Positions 17,501-23,800 of a DNA stretch of 32,000 nt are shown here, one piece after another. Position 1 is the stretch's first letter; each line of letters begins with the position of its first letter. The DNA is from Pirellula staleyi DSM 6068 (GTDB lineage Bacteria; Planctomycetota; Planctomycetia; Pirellulales; Pirellulaceae). Under the pieces are notes generated by a model. The model was not told the origin of the DNA. It did not search any database and saw only the letters and a list, made by a program, of their open reading frames with translations. The DNA is taken from the NCBI GenBank assembly GCA_000025185.1, contig CP001848.1, positions 2,460,001 to 2,492,000 of the forward strand, in the 5' to 3' direction. Position numbers and translations under genes: made by a program.

Positions 17501-20191
17501 GCATCGAGCGACGACGATTTCGCTCCTGGCGAAGAACGTTCGTTCGACCTAACCACACGCGAATCGTACCTCGAGTTCCGGGCTCCCCACGCCTCGGGTA
17601 CGGTCACCTACTACATCGGTGTGAGTGGCTTCGGTAACCAGACTTACAGCTTCCCCAATGCCACCACCGTGGTGGGCACGGAGAGCAGCAGTACGCTCGG
17701 CTTCTATCAACTTGAGATTTCGACCGCGCTCACTAGCTCGCTGGAAATCGAGAAGTTCGAAGAAGAACTGGGCGACAAGAACCTGTTCCGCGATCAGGGT
17801 CAGATCCTGCTCTACGGCAACACGATCAGCAATAGCTCGCAGTGGGGTATCTTGGTGAACAACGGCACGCGTACAGCTGCCGATGGTAACGCACCGCATC
17901 AAGGACCTGTTCGCAACCTGCGTGAGCAGAACATCGATCGCCTGGTGCCAGGTGTGGTGATCTCGAACAACGTGATTCACTCGAACACGGTGGGTGGTAT
18001 CCGCTACAGCGGCGATGGTGGCATCGATGCTCCAGTGTCGTTCGGGCGGATCATCAACAACACCCTGTACGGAACGGGTGGCAACGATGTGGGTATCCAA
18101 GTGGATCAGGCTGCCAGCCCCACGCTGCTCAACAACATCGTGGCCAACTTCGGTCAAGGTGTGAATGTCGATGCTCTCAGCAGCTCGACGGTGCTAGGTG
18201 GCATGGTCTATCAAGGAAACACTTCGAACTCGAACGTGGGTGTGGGTGGCGACTTCCCACTTGTGCTCGGTCCAACCGACCCGCTGTTTGTGAATGCCGG
18301 TCTCCGCAACTTCTACCCAGCTCCGGGATCGCAAGTGATCGATAGCTCGGTCGGCTCGCTGCTCGACCGAACATCGCTGGTGACCGTGAAGAACCCGATG
18401 GGAATTGGTCTCTCGCCAATCATCGCTCCTGAGCGTGACGCGGTGGGTCAGCTCCGGACCGACGATCCTGCGGTATCGACCGCCAACGGTTTCGGTCTCA
18501 ATCCGAATATCGATCGCGGTGCGATCGATCGCGTCGACTTCACCGGCCCGACCTCGATTCTCGAGAATCCTCGCGACAACGATGCGGAAGGTGTTGACCT
18601 CGATCCAACGGTCAGCGTGGTGACGCTTGAGAACACCGTTCTCAACGACTTCACGATTCGTCTGGTCGATCGCTTCGACGTGAATGGACCTGCTGAAGGT
18701 TCGGACATCGATGACTTCACCGTGACGGGTGACAAGGTGACGGTAACGTCGACCGTTGGCACCACCACAGTGACGCTGGTTGAAGGTGTCGATTACTCGT
18801 TCAGCTACGATTCGACGAACAACATCATTCGTCTCACGCCACTCGGTGGATTGTGGCCACTATCGCGAACCTATCGCATCACGCTCGATAACTCGGCCAC
18901 TGGCATCCGCGACTTGGCGGGCAATGCTCTGTCGCCAAACCAAATCGACGGTATGCACTACTACACGATCTTCCTCGGATCGGCTGTCGATTGGGGGGAT
19001 CTGCCAGATTCGTACGGCACGCTCGCCGCCAACTTGTTGGTGGGACCAAGCCATCAGGTGGTGGGTGGTATTCAGCTCGGTGCACTCGTTACCTCGGAAC
19101 CCGATGGCAACCCCGCTGCTCCTGGTACGGATGCCAACCTCGACAACGGTGACGATGGTATCCAGTTCGTCAATTTGCAGCCAAGCAACGCTCCCAATAC
19201 CTCGCAGATCATCGTCACCGCGACGGCGACCGGTAATCTGTCGGCATGGTTCGACTACAACCGCAACGGTGTGTTCGACACCAATGAAATGGTGCTCGAC
19301 AACATTGTGATCGGAACGACTCCAGGTGTTGGCGAAACGATCTTCTTCCAGATTCCAGCAGATGTGGCCAAGGGGGATATCTATGCCCGCTTCCGCTTCA
19401 GCACGTCGGATGTCGATTCGCCGAACGGTGCACTCCCCGATGGTGAAGTCGAAGATTATCGGTTGACCTTGACGGGTGCTCCGTTTGAGAACACGGCTCC
19501 ACTCGATCAGAACAACGACTTGATCAACGATGGATTCCTCGATGTGACCGCCGATGGCGCCATCACCCCGCTCGATGCCCTCATCGTGATCAACTTCCTG
19601 AACCTTTTGTCTCCACAGTTTGGTGGTGGTCCGATTCCGCTGCCCAATGCAACGCTCGACTCGCCACTCCCTCCACCTCCCGGTCAAATCAACCGCTATG
19701 TGGATACCGATGGCAATGGAGTTCTGACCCCGTTTGATGCACTGCAGGTCATCAACTACTTGAACCTGAACCCCAACCAGTTCTTTGGTGAAGGTGAACC
19801 AGCCGCTGATGGAGCGGAAGGTGAGCCATCGTCGACCTCGGCGATCAGCTTCAGTGCTCCTGCGAGTGTGGAAGTGGCCTCGGCCCCTCAGCTTGAGTTG
19901 TCGATTCCATCGGTCCTGTACAGTTCTCCAAGTGTGGTTCTGGAAGTTCGCGAACGTGCTCCCCAATCGGTGGCCACGGTTTCGAGCAGCAGTGCTTCCT
20001 CGGGTTCGGATTGGTCGTCGGACGACGAGTTCGCCAGCTTGGCCTTGGCCGACTACGCCCTCAGCGGAGTTAGCAGCCACGGTGGACTTGAAGTTGGACC
20101 GGTTGGCCATACCAACTGGGACGATCTGCTGAGCGATATCGCACTGTCACACGAAGAGGAAAACGAAGACGATTTCTTCGCTAACCTCTAA
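8354..20191 (+). CDS. Giant extracellular/surface multidomain protein, main part (as-read fragment 2; continuation of 4645..8502 in the +1 frame)
   Basis: 3,945-codon ORF. Its frame is open from 8312, and the GTG at 8354 is merely the first possible start codon, probably not a real initiation site. It continues the FN3-like unit (ITLSGLPV...LRVYRSVNGGNFELLATLLPGQTSLVDTG). Beta-helix segments follow (GDWAGIYF..., about 8870-9330; PbH1-type repeats NNVIHSNTVGGIRYSG / IINNTLYGTGGNDVGIQV / LLNNIVANFGQGVNVD, about 17800-18175). There are three more PPC-like modules (about 10670-11108, 11252-11665, 17240-17725) and about ten 'FEFD' modules (12500-17220). The C-terminal part has a GEVED domain (18978-19470), two dockerin-type repeats (19541-19765) and an acidic tail ending EENEDDFFANL. 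Confidence 0.9.
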   Translation: MIPPVQIPGVLFPAFTVTTASAQITLSGLPVTPSNPSFVDPPLGSAAPHNLRVYRSVNGGNFELLATLLPGQTSLVDTGAAIANPVLMAEPTATGTTARPRPDANLVIDPAIVVKSDGARIDVGVGASFIAEGQAGLEVVLTSLSDDRYGAGGTFDTGNDGGTSTSSAAQEGDWAGIYFSPDSSGSIDRAVIAYGGGLNRIEGNFAGFNVIEIRQADVRIANSEFEFNADGTGGQAPADRFGRGFNEAATIFVRGAQPVILNNAVHDDESAFININVNSLTSELIVDTGRQTGFVGRFAGYQDNNGPLIRGNRLQDNGINGMVVRGAVLTTEVVWDDTDIAHVLFDTIVIPDLHTFGGLRLESSGTESLVVKSSGATAGFVATGRPLEIDDRIGGVIHVLGQPGFPVVLTSFSDDTASAGIDLQGNPQNDTNGDGLGSGLLPTGPEVNNGLLIDNDVAIGTVGQFAYNVGPAGSSNFGGGVTAQGQSMLFANQDFIFEFLNYVDVGSDGLAIDLATSTITQAPTLLADDLVESRGTFQGQNGLITWIVQTRLDDGVATVFNTITFTSTAPLGNLQFINYLDEDVLGISDDVLYRVGSPGQADFRLFTLDGQEKIGFAQGGIYTAGPGLVNATYTGWAADEYSDLSFDIETTGTTYSPTGNVDLIALPVVADPDLGNVNGPADVTTAMAWTVNPTATTATITTFLELIARNPVSSGTAGEWQGIVIDEYSHDRNVETVLEQESAVSDGTVNNSPSKAQYLGGLASAEKNGDENLRLGFTVHGLINRNDDIDVYSFKALPGTEVWFDIDRTSVAFDAVIELVDENGIVLARSNNSTAENSGAEALFGTARDMQKTPPYQGQDFYTTNVKDPGMRIVLAGPAGQQSTYHIRIRSNTTNLLANPPIAGQTNGAYQLQIRLREVDEFGGSTVRYADIRNAVNGIAVLGQPAHSPLAGERGETTANNNTFANAQNLGNLLTNDRGTLSVAGSLSAFDDVDWYRITLDNTLPSQAAFWNAIFDIDYADGLARPNTALYVFDELGRLILTSRDSNIAEDRPSAAPGSGISDLSRGSAGGGDPYIGTVALPTNIVNPNPPDATEFYYVAISSDLRMPAQLEQFFQANASNPLLRLEPVESVQRIVEDHIGAFMTRSTAAAPDVQVFIEAQNAIQYTISDVVLYVNMSADDGTEQTRLVTVDPFTGDNETYLSNFARDTGDLVLREDNRLFSYTIDLDDNFTLDDAESGNYIELNTGTGAFTTIGDDGIITYESNLGAPPAPVVSNLGVNNTRWGYGLQFNAMAFSDIGYAFDANGNQLSERLIAVGNRGDVNSNNPASTAIDRRQNIVYSMDANTGAAQITGAGARLSGSGTGVYEVGEILTSSRLTFLSDATTGTGLAGFAVNDGLTFGVNTEASSTTFEFDSGFDVQQLINTATGQTIQDGYFFILDSDTTLGNQNEVLYQFDTGVVITVNPGLLSTGIVDGSTFTVRVNGVPRVFEFDNTGAVTAGNIAVNVGGGIFGADVIAARISNAIDTQTAAAFPVDGYVEPLGNRISLIPTVATPIPITATLGTSSAYLTFQGANGTAPVLQGVNPAGIGEGTTFTVSNGVTNFTFEFDRDNAVSGTNIRVNIFGATTSTDVAGAIEAAVATLPATSGLNATRFGDRVIVNGQGVTFSRQTSAVYSLTDSIANGGLQTVQVSVEERDGSAVVGAAVLAAMNNGNPRFAAGAAFDRINFPPINTGGLTPVASIDISAVPVWSPVAGTAPGVAGGREQIPFLASDTANQLANRAVTAINAALNATEGITAQFSGGNVELNRGTFTIGATTALAVSGQGPGGNITGIVDITPPPGIAQGMNQLIRYYLAVSDNGGLYIVELDLFDNQNITPNSPAAIANKTNQVRTYYIGNSADSLSGIAFQALTKGPENVEGGRYQNVWYAVADGPGNGDNQSRLHAFNFDATFETTAEWNAFRNAFLTNNTAALNARFTGRAPVFVDGATSIPLFYTVPQGAEGNAVPIRRAVTDAKGIAFSSLDQNLWKQTTTQSGAAGHEGGNSLVFGNDGQEQWAGNTYNFPGGATGSIVSNEFSLENYSVGDQPVLYYSYLGATDGSNDSVRVYISGVNDADRDGIADNNPGQWTLLTQSGGSTYLNTGWRQVRLNLGDFAGWSNLRLRFDFSTAGEMNVGDAGTTGDELRAVDAKYILDGDVVTIGGTTFEFESGVTLTMPSGRAINDGENFTIQINGAPQVYEFDKNGTQSIPGSTLIPVTNATTPEQVTLLLRDAIVANQAGPGPIVTPRIEGGVEWIFPDASAYALIPDNQLQFTLDDGTNPPVTFELDRDNASTPGTIPVEFSLAMDSARIALEVARAIQGYANGLQTGDNLHVTASYRQPNIVQIEGLVDYNANFALQLLKETPYSGNRLNLQGAEAFTQSAVHAIVATGAVGVANPNNVPVNIHLAMRARDVAQSFDAVLETAFRNQQLVVQNGSLYEDGQVIDIDHDGDGGLLTPDIRFEIETGLIVSIPGNGAVGPGGVADGDTITITNGGAPVTFEFSTDGVPAVPTNVLVSFRATDSQAVIARAFEAAINGQGSLGITARVVSGSRIQLSSGALSPNLTFATSDVTKYNTGNTFAGVAVGNTPIIVSPTAQFTAQQMAAAVAAAINAAGVVGFSAQTNAGVPNQVELLSTDVRVSALDSIGLTIPAPQPINGTGVAPAAPNIVFETGVFDIAKRERDLMRIIGRNVTARGPLGLQSFGMTGELPDHFQNGNGIVAGFTSSLRGQDNNHEGFYIDDIIIGLAERGESASGATTATGFVVNPLGTGNTSGAYQLEIRRGPAYDRFVGTNPGETANSNDRYAQEYTIVAKSGAELADGVTFTLSDGINRVTFEFDEVALPGRPALPVAVTPGNQRIAFSSTDTADEVAVRIRDAINSSQVQAVLKLTAGLADGTLVGNVTTSNRVNVVGAATVAIEGRNAVEVNDTLSQAVATNFNGTQYFAQGTIGDNPELSISRDTEGHDVDLFSIRLSAGQTIRIDIDTENLNFSSEVGNLLDTVLRIFDSTGAELASSDDDFAPGEERSFDLTTRESYLEFRAPHASGTVTYYIGVSGFGNQTYSFPNATTVVGTESSSTLGFYQLEISTALTSSLEIEKFEEELGDKNLFRDQGQILLYGNTISNSSQWGILVNNGTRTAADGNAPHQGPVRNLREQNIDRLVPGVVISNNVIHSNTVGGIRYSGDGGIDAPVSFGRIINNTLYGTGGNDVGIQVDQAASPTLLNNIVANFGQGVNVDALSSSTVLGGMVYQGNTSNSNVGVGGDFPLVLGPTDPLFVNAGLRNFYPAPGSQVIDSSVGSLLDRTSLVTVKNPMGIGLSPIIAPERDAVGQLRTDDPAVSTANGFGLNPNIDRGAIDRVDFTGPTSILENPRDNDAEGVDLDPTVSVVTLENTVLNDFTIRLVDRFDVNGPAEGSDIDDFTVTGDKVTVTSTVGTTTVTLVEGVDYSFSYDSTNNIIRLTPLGGLWPLSRTYRITLDNSATGIRDLAGNALSPNQIDGMHYYTIFLGSAVDWGDLPDSYGTLAANLLVGPSHQVVGGIQLGALVTSEPDGNPAAPGTDANLDNGDDGIQFVNLQPSNAPNTSQIIVTATATGNLSAWFDYNRNGVFDTNEMVLDNIVIGTTPGVGETIFFQIPADVAKGDIYARFRFSTSDVDSPNGALPDGEVEDYRLTLTGAPFENTAPLDQNNDLINDGFLDVTADGAITPLDALIVINFLNLLSPQFGGGPIPLPNATLDSPLPPPPGQINRYVDTDGNGVLTPFDALQVINYLNLNPNQFFGEGEPAADGAEGEPSSTSAISFSAPASVEVASAPQLELSIPSVLYSSPSVVLEVRERAPQSVATVSSSSASSGSDWSSDDEFASLALADYALSGVSSHGGLEVGPVGHTNWDDLLSDIALSHEEENEDDFFANL
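12500..17220 (+). repeat. Array of divergent protein-level 'FEFD' modules inside the giant gene
   Basis: The recurrent pattern is [DG]G.TFT[VIL]..[ND]G.....FEFD..(G/N).......[IV].V, then an amphipathic A..I..AI helix. FE[FLI][DES] cores sit at 12584-12595, 12818-12829, 13166-13177, 14960-14971, 15059-15070, 15317-15328, 15848-15859, 15962-15973 and 16967-16978. One example is DGSTFTVRVNGVPRVFEFDNTGAVTAGNIAVNV...ADVIAARISNAIDT. Another is DGVTFTLSDGINRVTFEFDEVALPG...TADEVAVRIRDAINS. Confidence 0.7.
18978..19470 (+). other. GEVED domain (C-terminal domain of secreted bacterial proteins)
   Basis: GSAVDWGDLPDSYGT...GPSHQV..LG...SEPDGNP...NLDNGDDGIQF...LSAWFDYNRNGVFDTNE...YARFRFSTSDVDSPNGALPDGEVEDYRLTL reproduces the DYGD.P.SYGT ... 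W.D.N.DG.F ... RfR.s ... GEVEDY signature. Confidence 0.75.
19541..19765 (+). repeat. Pair of dockerin-type (EF-hand-like) repeats at the C-terminus of the giant protein
   Basis: DVTADGAITPLDALIVINFLN (19541-19603) and DTDGNGVLTPFDALQVINYLN (19703-19765). Both fit D.[DN].[DN]G.[IVL][TS]P.DAL.VIN.LN. Confidence 0.8.
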
Positions 20192-20216
20192 TCACCAAAA
20201 GGTTTACCGTGGGCTG

Positions 20217-20238
20217 AGAGTTGCCATTGGGCAGCTCT
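20217..20238 (+). terminator. Weak terminator candidate after the giant gene (hairpin without a U-tract)
   Basis: AGAGTTGCC (20217-20225), loop ATTG, GGCAGCTCT (20230-20238): 9 bp including one G-U pair, starting 26 nt after the stop at 20191. Two further hairpins follow (about 20253-20279 and AGAGTGTC...GACACTCT about 20290-20316). None is followed by a T-run. Confidence 0.25.
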
Positions 20239-20848
20239 TGGCGATCGATAAAGCCCCTCTAGCTACTTCACTAGGGGGCTGTGAAATGGAGAGTGTCACG
20301 GAATCTTAGACACTCTTGGGCACGAGGCCCCCGGCCAGAGGATTGAATTTGCTGTAAGTGATTGCAGCAAAGTAGTTTGCGTTGATCGGGTGGCGATCTA
20401 GTGACGAGCGATTCTGCTCGAGCGAGCTGCGTAAAATAGCTCGCAATTACGTGCTCACTTGAGGCCTTCTGATCGGAAAACCAAGAAATCGATCGTCAGT
20501 TGTAATGGCCAGGTTAGCAGTAGGGTTTATGACGGCTGGGGATGGGCGAAAACTCTTCGTGACACGCGCAAATTCGTTGCAAAGAAAATTGAGCCCGACT
20601 AGTCTGAAATTGAAACGCATCCCAGAGATTCAGGCACAGTCGGTCGGGATGCGACGGAACAGAAAGTGCAACATCTTATCTAGCTTGAGGTTGCGCTAGT
20701 TAAGGCGGTCGGTGATCCAGCGGCAATGGCGATCGGACGAAGGTTCGTCCCTGGTGGCCAGTTGCGTGGCAAACTTCGTTCAAAAAGTTTGCCCCCGGAT
20801 CATTCTTCCAGCCACAACCGGCGTCACTCGGGCTGCATGGAACCAAGT

Positions 20849-23800
20849 ATGACCAAGCATCGTCGTCGGTCGCCACTCACGGCTGGTTCACGCTCCCTTT
20901 CGACCGCACGCAAAGCCGTGGCGGTTCGCAAGCTGTTCGCTGCCGAACGGCTAGAAAGTCGCTCGATGATGGCGGGCGACCTGTTTGTTTCAGACTACTG
21001 GAACAACATGAAGCCGACCGACGTGAACGGTGACGGCAACGTCACTCCGTTTGATGCGTTGGCTGTCATCAATGAGCTCAATCAGCGCGGGGCCCGATCG
21101 CTGGGAATTCGTCCCGCGACTGTCTCCGCCGGTGGAGAAGGGGAATCGAGCCCCGACGACTTTTTCTTCGACGTGAACAACGACGGCATGGTCACGCCGT
21201 TTGATGCTCTCGCGGTGATCAACACCCTGAACGCCGAAGGGGAAGATGGGGACGACCTGATGGCGTTCACCATCCATGCCTATTCGCCCGACACAGACAC
21301 CCCGATCACCACGCTCGCTCGCGGCGAAGAGTTCGATCTGGTGGTGAAGGTGGACGACCTCCGTCTCGGTGGCAGCGGTGTGTTCTTCGGCCAAGTCGAC
21401 ATTTTGCACGATCGCTCGAAGGCAGACCTGGTCACTCGCGAAGTGACGCTCCTGTCTTTCACGCCTGAAGTGTCGGGCGGTTCGTTCACCTTGACATTCA
21501 ACGGACAAACAACGGCCCCGATTAACTTCTCGAGCACGCAGTCGACGATGTCGAATCGTATCGAGAACGCGCTGCTGGCCCTGCCGAACATCGATCCCTT
21601 TGATGTCGATGTGACCGTGAACTACGCGGATGTGTTCAGCACGCGTCAGTACTGGGTGACGTACAAGGGACAGTTCGGCGGCATCGATCTGCCCAACGAC
21701 ATTCTGACTGCCAACACCACCGGTCTCACCGGCACCGGCGCTGCACTCAACATTTCGACGTTTGCTGACAGCAACGTGGCGAATTCCAACTCGGTGCGAG
21801 AATCGTTCCGCACCTACGTGATTCCAGATGTAGTCGACGAATTGTCGTACATCGCGAACCTTAGTGCTTCGCTCGGCACCGATCGCTTCAACGATGTTAG
21901 CGCACAAGCCAGCTTGGGAACACCTCCCGGTTCCGACCCCGTCGAACTCGTGCGTGCTCGCGTACGTGCGACCGATGGTGGCACCTTGACCTTCACGCTC
22001 GATCGATCGTCGCTGGGTCTTTCCGAAGTCAGTCTGTTCAACTTCAATCGTCCTCTGCTCGAGTCGGAAATTGCCTTCAACATTCCGGCTGTAACGCTCA
22101 CGGTTACCGAAGCAGCGACTGCGAATCCCGACGTCGCTACGGTTGCGGAAGGAAATGCCACCGGTGTGGTGATCTCGCCACTTGGTAACGATACGGTTCA
22201 AACCGGCACCAAGCAGATTCCAGCGTTCACGTCGTTCACCACGGTCAATGGTGGCCTTGTCGAGCGACTCAACAGCACCCAGATTCGCTATACCAACACG
22301 ACCAACTTCGCTGGTGTTGACGAGTTTAACTACACGCTCTCTAACGGCCTGGGGGCTACCGATACCAGCACGATCTCGGTCACGGTGACCGGTGTTAACG
22401 ATGCACCAGTCATCGGTTTGCCACCCGCTGGTCAGACCACCGCAGAAGATACTGCCTTGCTGCTGACCGGTGCCAACGTCATCTCGATCAGCGACGTCGA
22501 TATTCTTCCTAGCGCCACGATGGTTGCCACGCTCAGTTCGAGCCAGGGGACATTCAGCTTGACATCGGTTCCCGGTGTTTCGATCTCAGGCAACTTGAGT
22601 GGTAGTGTCAACATTAGCGGCACACTGTCGGCGATCAACAGTGCTCTGGCGACCCTCGTCTTCACCCCCACGAGTAACTTTAGCGGCACGGCCACGATCA
22701 ATGTGACCGCCAACGATGGTGGCTCGTCGGGTACGGGTGGTGCGCTGCAGACTAACAGCAGCTTCACGGTGAATGTTACGGCGGTGAACGACGGCCCCGG
22801 CATCACTGCGCTCCTGTCGCGGACGATGTTCGAAGACGAAGTGCTCCTCCTGGGAAGTCCAACCCCAATTACGGTGAGCGACGTTGACGTCGGTGCCGGG
22901 CTGATGTCGATCACGGTCACGGCACCCAACGGCACCCTGACGGCAGACATGCCTGCCGGTACCGGTGGTGCACGATCGGGCCAAGGAACCAGCACACTGA
23001 CGCTGACCGGCTCGCTGGCGAACCTCAACGCCGCGCTCCTGACCCTCACCTACGATCCGAACAACGGATTCTTCTCGACCGAAACGATCTCGCTGGTCGT
23101 TTCCGACAATGGTAACACCGGAACTCCGGGGGCTTTGACTGCGTCGGCCGACATTGTGGTCAACGTGCAGCCGACCGTTCGTCCTCGTGCTCGCGACGAC
23201 GTCTTCAGTGTCGCTGAAGGTAACACGACCCAGATGGATGTGCTCGTCAATGACGAAGCGAACATCCCTGATCCAACGGTTTACAACCGCGTGCTTGATT
23301 CGTTCGATATCGACGCCATGGCAGATATCAACGGCACCCCCACGGCCGTGGGCACGATCTCGCGCGTCGAAGCTGGTTTGGCCGGATCTGCCGATGATCT
23401 TCTGCTCTACACCCCCAAGGCAGGTTTTGAAGACTTCTTTGGAACGGTGGTGTTCAGCTACACGATGACCGACGACAAGCCAGGGAGCATTCCTGTTACG
23501 GCGATCGTCACCCTCACTGTCACCAACGTGAACGATGCTCCAGTTGCTATCGACGATAGCTACTTCATCGACGAAGACACGACGCTGATCGTCCCAGGCT
23601 CTGGAAACTTGGACACCCTCATCGCGAACGACGAAGATGTCGATGGCGACAATCTCTCGGTAACTGTGACCCAACTCCCAACCAACGGCACGCTGAGCTG
23701 GAACCCCAACGGTTCCTTCACCTACACGCCCAACAGCAACTACAACGGCGTCGATGAGTTCAGCTACACCGTGAGCGACGGAGTGATCACCTCGAACGTG

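Noticed and set aside
4645-20191. NPF tripeptides in the giant protein (NPFNSG, NPFSSI) as possible ligands for the neighbouring SHD1 protein, by analogy to Sla1p SHD1 binding NPFxD.
   Set aside because: Neither matches NPFxD, and two NPF tripeptides in about 5,000 residues is close to chance expectation. The idea is too speculative to report as a finding.
20726-20848. Upstream extension of the second large gene (MAIGRRFVPGGQLRGKLRSKSLPPDHSSSHNRRHSGC...).
   Set aside because: By analogy with the first giant protein, the basic stretch plus LExR motif is satisfied from ATG 20849 (or 20837). The extension adds low-complexity sequence. The start remains uncertain by about 40 codons.
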